Source: an uncultured Actinomycetes bacterium
GTDB lineage: Bacteria > Actinomycetota > Thermoleophilia > Gaiellales > Gaiellaceae
Reading direction: 5' to 3'
Length of the DNA stretch: 64,000 nt
Assembly: GCA_963810295.1 (NCBI GenBank)
Contig: CAWEMW010000004.1
Location: 120,392-184,391 of the forward strand
In this document: positions 48,364-59,852 of the stretch, in pieces
How the letters are laid out: each line of letters begins with the position of its first letter
Position numbering within the stretch: the first letter of the stretch is position 1
The notes under the pieces: model-generated
What the model saw: only the letters and a program-made list of their open reading frames with translations
Told to the model about the DNA's origin: nothing
The model's database searches: none
Made by a program: the position numbers and the translations under genes

Positions 48364-50256
48364 TCAGCGCACAACAAGGAAGACGAGGGCCAGGACCGAG
48401 ACGGTGACAGTGATCGCGAGCGCGTACGTGCGCAGGAGGCCGCTTTGCGCCGCGGAGGTAGCGCTTGCTCCGCGCAGGGTCCCTTCGGCAACCTCGTCGA
48501 GGCCGCCCTGCACGACGGGCGCTTCGACACGGTCGCGGACCCAGACGGCGATCGCCCGCACCGGCCGCGCGAACACCGCGTCGTAGAGCTCGTCGAACCA
48601 CAGCTTGTGCTCGAGCGTGGTGCGCACGCCGCCGTCCCGGACGAGCTCGCGGCCCGCCTCGAACGAACGCCAGGCCAGGAGCGAGCCGAGCAGCCCCAGA
48701 GCCACTGCGATCGCGCTCGTCAGCCACTCCTGACCGGTGGTCGGATGCACGAGCGGCTCGACGACGGGCTCCAGCCAGTCCTCGACCGGGTCCCAGACCC
48801 CCGGGATCAGCAGGAGGCCCACGAGCCCCGAGCCGAGCCCGAGAACGGCGACCGGCACCGTCATCCAGCCCGAGCCCTCGCCGTGGTGGGCGTGCTCGGT
48901 ATCGGCATGCGCAGCCTCGGGCGCCCTGCCGTGGAAGACGAGGAAGTAGAGCCGTAGCGCGTACATGCCGGTGAGAAGCGCGCCGAGCAGGCCGCCGACG
49001 TACAGGGTCCATCCGAGCACGCCGCCCTCGGCGAGCGCCGACGCGAGGATCGCGTCCTTCGACCAGAACCCCGCAAACGGCGGAATACCGACGAGCGCGA
49101 GCGTCCCGACGAGGAACATCCAGCGGGTGAAGGGCAGCTCGGAGCGGAGCCCGCCCATCTTCCGGATGTCCTGCTCTCCCCCGAGATGGTGGATCACGAT
49201 GCCCGCTGCGAGGAACAGCAGTGCCTTGAAGAACGCGTGCGTGACGAGGTGAAACATCGCGAACCCGTACGCACCGATCCCGGCGCCGACGAACATGTAG
49301 CCGATCTGACTCATCGTCGAGTACGCGATCACGCGCTTGATGTCCCACTGGACGAGCGCCACCAGCCCGGCGACGAGGAGCGTCACGAGCCCGAGGATCG
49401 CCGCCAGGTGCTGGACCTCGGGCGCGGCCTCGAATACCGGGCTCGTGCGGCAGATGAGGTACACCCCGGCGGTCACCATGGTCGCCGCGTGGATCAGGGC
49501 GGAGACCGGCGTCGGCCCTTCCATCGCATCGGGCAGCCAGGTGTGGAGCGGGATCTGCGCCGACTTGGCCACCGCCCCGCCGAGGAGACCGAGCGCGACG
49601 AGCGTGACCACGGTGTCCGAGAGCTCACCCGACTCGGCGGCGCCGAACACGACGTCGTAGTCGAGGCTGCCGACCTTGAAGATCACGAGGAAGAAGCCGA
49701 GCGCCATGACCGCGTCGCCGACGGCGTTCATCACGAACGCCTTCTTCGCCGCCTCGATCGCCGACGGCCGCTCGTGGTGGAAGCCGATCAACAGGTACGA
49801 CGCGAGCCCGACGAGGCCCCACCCGATCAGCAACATCAGGAGGTTCCCGCCCTGGACGAGGAGGAGCATCGCGAAGACGAAGAACGCCATGTAGGCGAAG
49901 TAGCGGCGCTCCTCGTCGTCGCCGGCCATGTAGCCGTTCGAGTAGGCGACGATCAGCCCGCCGACGCCCGTGACGACGAGCATCATCACGAGCGACAGCG
50001 GGTCGATCAGGAGCTCGAGCCCGACCTCGAAGTCGCCCGCTTTCAGCCACGTCCACGCGGTCGTCAGCTCGACGCGCTCGTCCGGCTCGCGACCCCAGGC
50101 GTCGACGAAAGCGACGATCGCGCCGGCGAAGCCGACAAACACCGACGCCGTCGAGATCAGCCCGGCCTGGCGGCGTGTGATGCGCGTGCCCGCGAGCAGG
50201 ATCGCGAGAAACCCGACGAGCGGTGCGAGCAGACAGACCCAGCCACCGACGACCAC
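48364..50256 (-). CDS. nuoL: NADH-quinone oxidoreductase subunit L
   Basis: IDPLS, AKSAQIPLHTWLPDAMEGPTPVSALIHAATMV, HAFFKALLFL and GFWSKD. GTG start overlaps the nuoK TAG. Confidence 0.95.
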   Translation of the reverse strand: MVVGGWVCLLAPLVGFLAILLAGTRITRRQAGLISTASVFVGFAGAIVAFVDAWGREPDERVELTTAWTWLKAGDFEVGLELLIDPLSLVMMLVVTGVGGLIVAYSNGYMAGDDEERRYFAYMAFFVFAMLLLVQGGNLLMLLIGWGLVGLASYLLIGFHHERPSAIEAAKKAFVMNAVGDAVMALGFFLVIFKVGSLDYDVVFGAAESGELSDTVVTLVALGLLGGAVAKSAQIPLHTWLPDAMEGPTPVSALIHAATMVTAGVYLICRTSPVFEAAPEVQHLAAILGLVTLLVAGLVALVQWDIKRVIAYSTMSQIGYMFVGAGIGAYGFAMFHLVTHAFFKALLFLAAGIVIHHLGGEQDIRKMGGLRSELPFTRWMFLVGTLALVGIPPFAGFWSKDAILASALAEGGVLGWTLYVGGLLGALLTGMYALRLYFLVFHGRAPEAAHADTEHAHHGEGSGWMTVPVAVLGLGSGLVGLLLIPGVWDPVEDWLEPVVEPLVHPTTGQEWLTSAIAVALGLLGSLLAWRSFEAGRELVRDGGVRTTLEHKLWFDELYDAVFARPVRAIAVWVRDRVEAPVVQGGLDEVAEGTLRGASATSAAQSGLLRTYALAITVTVSVLALVFLVVR

Positions 50257-50564
50257 TACCCGCGGAGCTCCGTGAAGGTGTCGACGTCGAGGGAGAGGTT
50301 GCGCCGCGCCATCGCGACGATCAGCCCGAGCCCGACGCACACTTCGGACGCCGCGACGGCCATCACCGCGAGGGCGAAGATCTGACCGTCGAGCTCGCCG
50401 AAGTGGCGCGAGAACCCGACGAACGCGAGGTTCGCGGCATTGAGCATGATCTCGAGCGAGAGCAGCACGATCAGCGGGCTGCGGCGGAGGAGCACGCCTG
50501 CAACCCCGGTCGCGAACAGGATCGCGGAGATCGCGAGATACCAGGGAATACCCGGCCCGAGCAT
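50256..50564 (-). CDS. nuoK: NADH-quinone oxidoreductase subunit K
   Basis: [20 protein letters not shown] and VAASE...GL. Confidence 0.93.
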   Translation of the reverse strand: MLGPGIPWYLAISAILFATGVAGVLLRRSPLIVLLSLEIMLNAANLAFVGFSRHFGELDGQIFALAVMAVAASEVCVGLGLIVAMARRNLSLDVDTFTELRG

Positions 50565-51112
50565 CAGGTCGTGCCCTCCGCGTCCGCCTGCGCCTCCGCT
50601 TCCGACCGCGTCCCGAGCACGACCCCGCCGACTGCCGCGACGAGGAGCACGATCGACGTGATCTCGAACGCGAGCAGGTGGTCCGTCAGGAACAGGCGGC
50701 CGATCTCCGCCGGCGACCCGAAGGCGCGCGTGATCTCGGCCTCGTCGGAGAGCCGGTCGCCCGCGTCGAGCATGATCGCGACGAGCGTGACGGCAAGCAG
50801 CGACGCAGCAGTGACGACGGCTGCCGCCTGGAACAGCCGCGTGCCGCCGGCCCACGGCGCGTCGGCGCGACCGCCGAGATACGCGATCACGAACAGGAAC
50901 ATCACCATCACCGCTCCGGCGTAGACGAGCACCTGGGCCGCTGCGACGAACTCGCCGGACGCGAGGAGGTAGAGCACCGCGAGCGACGCGAGGTTGCCGA
51001 TCAACGAGAGCGCGGACGAGAACGGGTTCGACGCCGTCACGACGCGCAGGCCGGTGCCGATGCACGCCGCGGCGGCAGCGAGCCAGATGATCCAGACGAG
51101 GACGTTCTCCAC
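50564..51112 (-). CDS. nuoJ: NADH-quinone oxidoreductase subunit J
   Basis: [24 protein letters not shown] and [14 protein letters not shown]. Confidence 0.93.
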   Translation of the reverse strand: MENVLVWIIWLAAAAACIGTGLRVVTASNPFSSALSLIGNLASLAVLYLLASGEFVAAAQVLVYAGAVMVMFLFVIAYLGGRADAPWAGGTRLFQAAAVVTAASLLAVTLVAIMLDAGDRLSDEAEITRAFGSPAEIGRLFLTDHLLAFEITSIVLLVAAVGGVVLGTRSEAEAQADAEGTT

Positions 51113-51114
51113 CG

Positions 51115-51605
51115 CTAGACTCGGTCTTGTACGCGGGGATGGGAGTGTCGAACAGGTCCGGGTCCTGGACGGGGACGCGCTTGATCGGCTCGGCGAGGAG
51201 CATGTCCTTCGTGTAGATCAGGTCGTCCCGCGAGTACTCGGAGATCTCGAACTCGTTTCCGAGCGTGATGGCGTCGAAGGGGCACGCGAGCTCGCAGTAG
51301 CCGCAGAAGATGCAGCGCGAGAGGTTGATCTCGTAGATGCGCGCGTAGCGCTCGCCCGCGGACACCCGGTTGCCGGGGGTGTTCTCCTCGGCCACGACGC
51401 GAATGCAGTCCGCGGGACAGGCGGCGGCGCAGAGCGAGCAGCCGACGCACTTCTCGAGCCCGTTCGCATGGCGGTGGAGGCGATGACGACCGCGGAAGCG
51501 CGGGTACACCGGTCGCTTGAACTCCGGGTACTGCTGCGTGATCGGCTTCTTGAAGATGTGCTTGAAGGTGACCCCGAAGCCCTTGAGTGTCCCGAACGGC
51601 TGCAT
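51115..51605 (-). CDS. nuoI: NADH-quinone oxidoreductase subunit I, 1-nt slip just before its stop
   Basis: RFRGRH and two CxxCxxCxxxCP motifs. The TAG at 51115-51117 is out of frame, giving an artefactual nuoI-nuoK fusion ORF. Confidence 0.93.
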
Positions 51606-51620
51606 GGTCAGCGGGTCACC

Positions 51621-52637
51621 CTAGATCCACACCACGAGGAGGGCCGTGATGACCGCGTTGACCGTGGCTACGGGCAGGAGCACCTTCCAGCCGAAGCGCA
51701 TCAGCTGGTCGTAGCGGAGCCGCGGCAGCGTCGTCCGCATCCAGATGAAGAAGAACAGGAGCACGAACAGCTTCAGCAGGAACCAGATCGGCCCGGGAAG
51801 CCACGGGCCGTGCCAGCCGCCGAGGAAGAGCGTCACGGCGAGGGCGGACAGCGTGATCAGGTTGATGTATTCCGACATCGAGTAGAGCCCGAACCGCATC
51901 CCGCCGTACTCGGTGTGGTACCCGGCGACGAGCTCCTGCTCGGCCTCCGGCAGGTCGAACGGCGCGCGCGACGTCTCCGCGGTGCCGGCGAGGATGAACA
52001 CGACGAACCCGACGACCTGCGGCATCACGTACCAGAGCTCTGCCTCCTGGGCGGCGACGATGTCGACGAGCGACAGCGAGCCCGCCATGAGGATCACGCC
52101 GAGCACCGAGAGGGCCAGAGACACCTCGTACGAGACGAGCTGCGCGCACGTGCGCATCGAGCCGAGCAGCGAGAACTTCGAGTCGGACGCCCAGCCGCCG
52201 ATGATGAAGCCGTAGATCCCGATCGACCCGACCGCGAAGATCAGGAGCAGCGCGATCGGCAGGTCCGCGATGTATCCGTTCACCTGGTAGCCGGCGATCT
52301 CCCAGCCCGGCCCCCACGGGATCACGGAGAAGGTCGTCAACGCGGTGAACGCGGCGAGGAACGGCGCGGCGATGTAGAGCCCGTCGATCGCGGCGGCGGG
52401 GAAGAAGCTCTCCTTGCGGATCAGCTTGACGAGGTCGGCGATCGGCTGCAGGAGTCCGTATGGCCCCGCGCGGTTCGGCCCGTAGCGGAGCTGCATGCGC
52501 CCCATCACCTTGCGCTCGATGAGCGTCAGGTACGCGAAGCCGAAGAGCACGAGGTTGATGACGATCAGCGACTTGATGACAGCGATCCACCACGGTTCGC
52601 CGTTGTCACCGGCCGCGACGAGCATCCACGCCGTCAT
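51621..52637 (-). CDS. nuoH: NADH-quinone oxidoreductase subunit H
   Basis: ERKVMGRMQLRYGPNR, QPIADLVK, AQLVSYE, RAPFDLPEAEQEL and RLRYDQ. Confidence 0.95.
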   Translation of the reverse strand: MTAWMLVAAGDNGEPWWIAVIKSLIVINLVLFGFAYLTLIERKVMGRMQLRYGPNRAGPYGLLQPIADLVKLIRKESFFPAAAIDGLYIAAPFLAAFTALTTFSVIPWGPGWEIAGYQVNGYIADLPIALLLIFAVGSIGIYGFIIGGWASDSKFSLLGSMRTCAQLVSYEVSLALSVLGVILMAGSLSLVDIVAAQEAELWYVMPQVVGFVVFILAGTAETSRAPFDLPEAEQELVAGYHTEYGGMRFGLYSMSEYINLITLSALAVTLFLGGWHGPWLPGPIWFLLKLFVLLFFFIWMRTTLPRLRYDQLMRFGWKVLLPVATVNAVITALLVVWI

Positions 52638-54874
52638 CCGCGCACGACCTCGACGTCGAGGTGGAGGTCGGCCGCATGCTCCTCGGCGACCCGGGCGACG
52701 CCGTCGACGAGCTTGCGGTCGATGCGGGCCCGGAGCTCGACGGAGGTGCCGTTCGAGCGGACAGAGACGACGTCCCCGGCGGCGATCCCCCGGCGGTCGG
52801 CGTCGCCGGCCGCGAGGATCACCTCGGGCGCGGGCCGCTGGAACTGGAGCTCGGGGATCCGCTCCACCTGGTACCCGGAGAAGAGCGGGCGGTAGCGAAG
52901 GAGGCGGAGTGTTCCAACGAAGTGCTCGCCGGGCATATCCGCCGCGGGCGAATGCGCCTCTGGAACGCCTGGCGCCGGCTCGGGCACGAGGTACGCCGCC
53001 CTGACGGGCATCGGTGCCCGCTCGCTCAACGCGCCCAGCTCCAGTCCGCTGTAGATCCGCTCCGAGAGCTCCTCGAACACGACCGTTGCGTAGGGCGAGA
53101 GCTCGACGTCGAACCGCGCCGCGAGCTTGGCGAGCCACGCCAGCTCGTCCGGCACGGGTGGTGTCACCGCGCGCCGGAGGCGCTGGACGCGTCCCTCGAG
53201 GTTCATGGAGGTCCCCTCGCGCTCGAGCGACGCGGTCGCCGGGAGGACGAGATCGGCCCAGCCGGTCGCGAGCGAATGGAACATCGTGATCGCGAGCACG
53301 CGATCGGCCTTCTCCGCGAGCGCGCGCACGCCCGGGTCTGAAGCGGCATCGTCGCCCGAGACGACCAGCAGGCCGATTCCCTCGCGCTCGACCTCGTCCT
53401 CGTCGGCCGCAGCGGCCCAGGCCTCGGCGACCCCGCGGGCGTTCGGCGTGGCCGGGAGGTGGAATGCCGCGCAACCGGGCTTGCTCTCGAATCCGAGCGC
53501 GTGTGCCGCTTCCGCGAGCCGGGCGCCGCCACCCCCGCCCGGTCCCGACCAGACGAGGACCGCGCGCTCCGAGTCGCGCAGGCGCTTGCCGAGCGCGCTG
53601 CGTGAGGTGACGAGGTCCTGCAGCGCGCCGGCTGCCGCGCCGGGCGCCGCCTGGACGGCGCCTGCGATCCCGATCGTGACGATCTCCGCGCCGTTGCGGC
53701 GCGCCTGCTTGAGCCAGAGGTCGACTGCGGGCGCACGCTCGACGGGATCGTCGTCGCCGACGACCACGACGATCTCGGCATCGCCGATCGTCGAAAGCGG
53801 GGCGCGGAAGGCGTCGAGCGCCGCGGAGGTCGACTCGTGGAGCACCGCCGAGTGCGCTCCGAGGCCGCGCCGCAGGAGCACGCCCAGCCCATAGGCGATC
53901 TCGGTCGTCTCCGACCCGGAAAGCGCAGTGACGATCCGCCCGCCGGCGCCCCGCAGCAACTCCTCCGCTCGGTCCAGGGCGGCGTCCCACTCGAGCGGCT
54001 CGAGCCCGAGCTCGCCCCGGTGGAGCGGCGTCGTCACCCGATCCGACGCGTGCACGTGCGGGAACGTGAAGCGGCCCTTGTCGCAAATCCAGCCGCCGTC
54101 GACCTCGGGGTGGTTGCGCGACTGCACGCGCTTGACCTGGCCTTCGCGCGTCGTCGCGCGGATGTTGCAGCCGGCCGGGCAGAGCCCGCAGACGGTCGGC
54201 ACGTCCTGGATCTCCCAGGGGCGGGCCTGGAAGCGGTACTGCGTCGACGTCAGCGCACCGACCGGGCACAACTCGATCACGTTGCCGGAGAACGGCGCGC
54301 GGTACGGATCCTCGCCGAAGGTCGCGATCTCGGAGTGCGCCCCGCGGTTTCTCGCAATCAGCTGGCCATCCTCGGCGACGTCGCTCGAGAAGCGGGTGCA
54401 GCGGTAGCAGAGGATGCAACGCTCGCGGTCGAGCGCGATCAGCGGCGAGACCGGGATCGGCTTGTCGAACGTCATCTTCGGGAACGCCATCCGGGTCGAG
54501 CCGGGGCCGTACCGGAACGTGAGGTCCTGCAACGGGCACTCGCCGCCCTTGTCGCAGACCGGGCAGTCGAGCGGGTGGTTGACGAGGATGAACTCGAGCG
54601 TGCCCTTCTGGCCGTCGGCTGCGCGTTGCGAGCTCGCGGCCGTTCGCACGACCATCCCTTCCTGTGCGGCGAGCGTGCAGCCCGCCTGGAGCTTCGGGAG
54701 CCCCTCGACCTCGACGAGGCACATGCGGCACGCGCCGACGGCGGGCCCGAGGCGCGGCTCGTAGCAGAAGACGGGGATCTCGATCCCCGCCGCGGCCGCC
54801 GTCTCGACGAGGCCTGTTCCCTTCTCGACCTCGACCTCGCGGTCGTCGATCAGGACCGTGATCAGCTCGCTCAT
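52634..54874 (-). CDS. nuoG: NADH-quinone oxidoreductase subunit G
   Basis: IPVFCY, CRMCLVE, NHPLDCPVCDKGGECPLQD, RCILCYRC, CPVGAL and WICDKGRF. Confidence 0.95.
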   Translation of the reverse strand: MSELITVLIDDREVEVEKGTGLVETAAAAGIEIPVFCYEPRLGPAVGACRMCLVEVEGLPKLQAGCTLAAQEGMVVRTAASSQRAADGQKGTLEFILVNHPLDCPVCDKGGECPLQDLTFRYGPGSTRMAFPKMTFDKPIPVSPLIALDRERCILCYRCTRFSSDVAEDGQLIARNRGAHSEIATFGEDPYRAPFSGNVIELCPVGALTSTQYRFQARPWEIQDVPTVCGLCPAGCNIRATTREGQVKRVQSRNHPEVDGGWICDKGRFTFPHVHASDRVTTPLHRGELGLEPLEWDAALDRAEELLRGAGGRIVTALSGSETTEIAYGLGVLLRRGLGAHSAVLHESTSAALDAFRAPLSTIGDAEIVVVVGDDDPVERAPAVDLWLKQARRNGAEIVTIGIAGAVQAAPGAAAGALQDLVTSRSALGKRLRDSERAVLVWSGPGGGGGARLAEAAHALGFESKPGCAAFHLPATPNARGVAEAWAAAADEDEVEREGIGLLVVSGDDAASDPGVRALAEKADRVLAITMFHSLATGWADLVLPATASLEREGTSMNLEGRVQRLRRAVTPPVPDELAWLAKLAARFDVELSPYATVVFEELSERIYSGLELGALSERAPMPVRAAYLVPEPAPGVPEAHSPAADMPGEHFVGTLRLLRYRPLFSGYQVERIPELQFQRPAPEVILAAGDADRRGIAAGDVVSVRSNGTSVELRARIDRKLVDGVARVAEEHAADLHLDVEVVRG

Positions 54875-54889
54875 GTCGTTGCCTCGGAG

Positions 54890-55007
54890 CGTGGCTTTAG
54901 CCTCGCCCCTCTTGGTTTGGCCGACGCGAGAAGGGGGGCGAGGCTGAAGCCACGCCCCAGGCTGAAGCCACGCCCCACGAGCCTCGCTCCTCTCGCGTCT
55001 GCGAGGC

Positions 55008-55009
<2 letters not shown>
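54890..55009. repeat. REP-like palindrome cluster in the nuoF-nuoG gap
   Basis: CGTGGCTTTAGCCTCGCCCC (54890) pairs with GGGGCGAGGCTGAAGCCACG (54935-54954). AGGCTGAAGCCACGCCCC is repeated directly (54941-54958, 54959-54976). Hairpin GAGCCTCGC..GCGAGGCTC at 54979-55009. Confidence 0.8.
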
Positions 55010-56357
<1,348 letters not shown>

Positions 56358-56373
56358 GCGAGCGCCCCCACCC

Positions 56374-56454
56374 GGTGTCGGACTTCAGTCCGACACCTGC
56401 TCTTCTGCCAGAGCGGCGCCGCAGTGAGCAGGTGTCCGACTGAAGTCGGACACC
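56374..56454. repeat. Inverted pair of 24-bp perfect palindromes (REPIN-like) in the nuoE-nuoF gap
   Basis: GGTGTCGGACT-TC-AGTCCGACACC (56374-56397) and GGTGTCCGACT-GA-AGTCGGACACC (56431-56454). Inner flanks TGCTC / GAGCA are also complementary. Confidence 0.9.
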
Positions 56455-56469
56455 GATGGGAAGCCCAGC

Positions 56470-56934
56470 TCACTCCGCGAGCTCCTTCACGATCCCGGGC
56501 ACGTCCCCCGAGCGGACATGGAGCCTGTGGTGGTTGTCTATTGCGACAACGGTCGCCCAGCCGCAGCCGCCGAGGCACTCGACCGCGCGCAGGGTCACCG
56601 CGCCGTCCTCCGTCGTCTCGCCTGTATGGATCTCGAGCGCGCGCTCGAACGCCGCGACGACGCCCTGCGCGCCCGAGAGGGCGCACGAGACGTTCGTGCA
56701 CACCTCCACGAGATGGCGCCCGACGGGCTCGGTATGGAACATGTCGTAGAAGGACGCGATGGAGAGGCAGTAGGCCGGCGTCACGTCGAGTGCGTCGGCG
56801 ACCTCGCGGAACGCCTCCTCCGGGAGCCAGCCGCCGTAGCGCTCCTGCGCCAGGCGCAGCGCCGGGATGATGGCCGAGCGAGGCTGCGGGTAGGCCTTCT
56901 TGACCTGCTGGATCTCGTCGTACAGCGCCGTCAT
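56470..56934 (-). CDS. nuoE: NADH-quinone oxidoreductase subunit E
   Basis: IPAL..AQ, ASFYDMF, VCTNVSC and ECLGGC. Confidence 0.95.
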   Translation of the reverse strand: MTALYDEIQQVKKAYPQPRSAIIPALRLAQERYGGWLPEEAFREVADALDVTPAYCLSIASFYDMFHTEPVGRHLVEVCTNVSCALSGAQGVVAAFERALEIHTGETTEDGAVTLRAVECLGGCGWATVVAIDNHHRLHVRSGDVPGIVKELAE

Positions 56935-58199
56935 CGATCGACGTCCCCCATGACGGGGTCGAGCGACGCCGCCACTGCGACGAGGTCGGCGACGGCGGTG
57001 TCGCGCACGCAGGTCGCGGTCGCCTGGAGGGCGGCGAAGCTCGGCGCGCGGAACTTCACGCGCCACGGCTTTGGCCCGCCGTCGGAGACGAGGAAGCACC
57101 CGCACTCGCCGCGCGCCGACTCGATCGCGACGTAGACCTGCCCCTCGGGCACGAGATACCCCTCGGTGACGATCTTGAAGTGGTGGATGAGGGACTCCAT
57201 CGAGGTGTGGAGCTCCTCACGCGGCGGGAGCACGACCTTGCGGTCATCGGCGATCCAGGGCTCGCCGCGCATCTCCTCGAGCCGCGTCACGCACTGGCCG
57301 ACGATGCGCGCCGAGGTGCGCATCTCGTCCATGTGCACCTTGTAGCGGTCGTAGACGTCGCCGTTCGGGTAGACGGGAACGTCGAAGTCGACCTCGTCGT
57401 AGGCGAGGTACGGCATCGCCTTTCGCAGGTCCCAGTCGACTCCGGAGGCGCGCAGCATCGGGCCTGACTGGCCGAGCGCGAGCGCGTCCTCGGCCGAGAG
57501 GGTTCCAATCCCTTTCGTCCGCTCGAGCCAGATCTTGTTGCGGTCGAGCAGCCCCTCGTAGTCGTCGACGGCGTGCGGCATGTGGCGTGCGAGGGCGCGC
57601 GCCTGCGCGTAGAACCCCTCCGGAAGGTCCTCGGCCAGCCCGCCGACCTGGAAGTAGCGCGTGTGCATGCGGACGCCCGTGACCATCTCGAACAGGTCGA
57701 GCACCATGTCCCGCTCGCGGAACGCGTACCAGAACATCGAGATCGCGCCGATCTCGAGCGCCGACGTGCCGAGCCACACGAGGTGCGAGTGGATCCGGTT
57801 CAGCTCGGAGAGGCACATGCGCACCCAGGTCGCCTTCTCGGGCGTCTCGAGCGCGAGCAGCTTCTCGATCGCGAGCACGAACACGAGCTCGTTCGCCTGG
57901 AAGGAGAGGTAGTCGATCCGCTCGGGGTAGGTGATCCCCTTCCAGTACGTCTTGTGCTCCATCGTCTTCTCGAAGCCCGTGTGGAGGTACCCGATCACGG
58001 CCTTGAGCCCGGCCACGCGCTCACCGTCGAGATCGACGATCAACCGGAGCACGCCGTGCGTGGAGGGATGGTTCGGCCCGAAGTTGATCGTGAGGATGTC
58101 CTCGAGCGAGTGCTTCGCCGGGTCGATCTCGAGGATCGTCGGGCACGGGGACGGGATCCGCGTGCCCTCGTAGATCCGTGTGGCGGGCATGACGGCCAT
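56931..58199 (-). CDS. nuoD: NADH-quinone oxidoreductase subunit D
   Basis: NFGPNHPSTHGVLR, GYLHTG.EK, ELNRIHSHL, GPMLRASG and ESARGE. Confidence 0.95.
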   Translation of the reverse strand: MAVMPATRIYEGTRIPSPCPTILEIDPAKHSLEDILTINFGPNHPSTHGVLRLIVDLDGERVAGLKAVIGYLHTGFEKTMEHKTYWKGITYPERIDYLSFQANELVFVLAIEKLLALETPEKATWVRMCLSELNRIHSHLVWLGTSALEIGAISMFWYAFRERDMVLDLFEMVTGVRMHTRYFQVGGLAEDLPEGFYAQARALARHMPHAVDDYEGLLDRNKIWLERTKGIGTLSAEDALALGQSGPMLRASGVDWDLRKAMPYLAYDEVDFDVPVYPNGDVYDRYKVHMDEMRTSARIVGQCVTRLEEMRGEPWIADDRKVVLPPREELHTSMESLIHHFKIVTEGYLVPEGQVYVAIESARGECGCFLVSDGGPKPWRVKFRAPSFAALQATATCVRDTAVADLVAVAASLDPVMGDVDR

Positions 58200-58739
58200 C
58201 AGGCGTCTCCGGAGAAGCGGACCGGCTCGCCGCCGAGCGGGTAGTCCTTGCGGAGCGGGAAGCCCTCCCAGTCGTCCGGCATCAGGATCCGCACGAGGTT
58301 CGGGTGGCCGCGGAACGTGATGCCGTAGAGGTCGTAGGCCTCGCGCTCGTACCAGTCCGCCGCCGGCCAGACGATCACCACGGAGTCGATCTCCTCCCCG
58401 TCGTCGAGCCGCGCTTCGACCCGGAGCCGTCCCGGCTCGTCCGAGACGCGCAGGAGGTGGTAGACGACCGCGAATCGCTTCGACTTCGGCACGGGAACGC
58501 GCTGGAAGCCCTGCGAGCCCTCGGCGTTCAGGTCGCGGCCCGGACGCGGTGCCGATGTAGCCCGCGACGTCCGTCGCGCCCCAGCCGAGGTAGTCGACGC
58601 CCGAGAGGTCGACGAGCACGTTGAAGCCTTCGGCGTCGCGGAGGTGGGTGCACGTCTCGACGATGCGGGCGGGGTCGACGACGAGTGTCGTCTCGCCGTG
58701 CGCTTCGATCGTCTCGACGACCCCGGGGGCGGCGCTCAC
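58199..58739 (-). CDS. nuoC: NADH-quinone oxidoreductase subunit C, with a frameshift near 58541
   Basis: LSGVDYL in one frame. [19 protein letters not shown] and GFPLRKDYP in another. Confidence 0.9.
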
Positions 58740-59338
58740 TCGGCGACTCCGCGGATCTCGTACGCGGGCGGGACGCCCGCGCGGATCTTCTCGTGGAGCC
58801 GGACGATGCCCTCCATCAGCGCCTCCGGCCGGGGCGGGCAGCCCGGAACGTGGATGTCGACCGCGACGATCTTGTCGACGCCCTGGAGCACGGTGTAGTT
58901 GTTGAACATCCCGCCCGAGCTCGCGCAGGCGCCCATCGCGATGACCCACTTCGGCTCGAGCATCTGGTCGTAGACCTGACGGAGCGGCGCGGCCATCTTG
59001 TGGGTCACGCGCCCGGAGACGATCAGCAGGTCCGCCTGGCGCGGCGACGAGCTGAAGCGCTCCATCCCGAAACGCGCGATGTCGTAGCGGGACGAGACGA
59101 TCGACATCATCTCGATCGCGCAGCACGCGAGGCCGAAGGTGTCGGGCCAGACGGAGTTCGACTGCGCCCACAGGACGGCCTTCTGGACGGTCGTGATGAG
59201 GAGCGCGTCCTCGATCGAGTCGAGCTCCTGCTCGAAGGTGCCGGGGCCCTTGTCGGGCCACAGCGTCCGCTCTGTCCGGAGGCCGGCCTTGGCCGCCGGC
59301 CGGTCGGACACCATCGGCAGCTTCCTCGCTAGTGCCAC
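58736..59338 (-). CDS. nuoB: NADH-quinone oxidoreductase subunit B
   Basis: [25 protein letters not shown] and VPGCPPRPE. Start uncertain. Confidence 0.95.
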   Translation of the reverse strand: MALARKLPMVSDRPAAKAGLRTERTLWPDKGPGTFEQELDSIEDALLITTVQKAVLWAQSNSVWPDTFGLACCAIEMMSIVSSRYDIARFGMERFSSSPRQADLLIVSGRVTHKMAAPLRQVYDQMLEPKWVIAMGACASSGGMFNNYTVLQGVDKIVAVDIHVPGCPPRPEALMEGIVRLHEKIRAGVPPAYEIRGVAE

Positions 59339-59694
59339 TCGAGCGCTCCCTTGCGCCAGACGTACACGTAGGCGACGGCGAGGATGGCGACGAAGACGAG
59401 AAGCTCGACGAACCCGAACCAGCCGAGCAGCTCGAGCTGCACCGCGAGCGGGTAGAGGAAGACGATCTCGATGTCGAAGAGGATGAACAGCATCGCCGTC
59501 AGGTAGAAGCTGACGGTGAAGCGCCGTTGCTGACCCGGCGCCTCCTCGGAGACACCCGACTCGAAGGGCAGCATCCGCTGCTTCGTCCGCGTTCGCGGGC
59601 GCGTCGCGAAGACGAACGAGAACAGGATCATCGACGCCGGGATGGCTGCCGCCATGATCGCGTAGATGAGAAACGGGAGCCAGTCGGAGAGCAC
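59329..59694 (-). CDS. nuoA: NADH-quinone oxidoreductase subunit A
   Basis: [25 protein letters not shown] and [11 protein letters not shown] start at 59694. Confidence 0.93.
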   Translation of the reverse strand: MLSDWLPFLIYAIMAAAIPASMILFSFVFATRPRTRTKQRMLPFESGVSEEAPGQQRRFTVSFYLTAMLFILFDIEIVFLYPLAVQLELLGWFGFVELLVFVAILAVAYVYVWRKGALEWH

Positions 59695-59852
59695 GCTGTA
59701 CTCGATCCCTTCAACCGGGGGACGGTCGTCGCGAAACCTACCACTCCGTCTCAGGCGCACGAGATAGGAGCCGATCCCTCTCGGGGAGCGCGTTTTCGGT
59801 GTCACAAAGTCCGGTGTCTGGCGCGGTACGACGCGTCGGCTACGATCAGTGC

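Noticed and set aside
50256-51605. 449-aa nuoI-nuoK fusion ORF
   Set aside because: The middle is off-frame nuoJ sequence. A 1-nt slip before the nuoI TAG explains it.
59790-59810. Rex or CRP site upstream of nuoA (TGTCACAAAG)
   Set aside because: Only one half-site is present, with no matching dyad partner.
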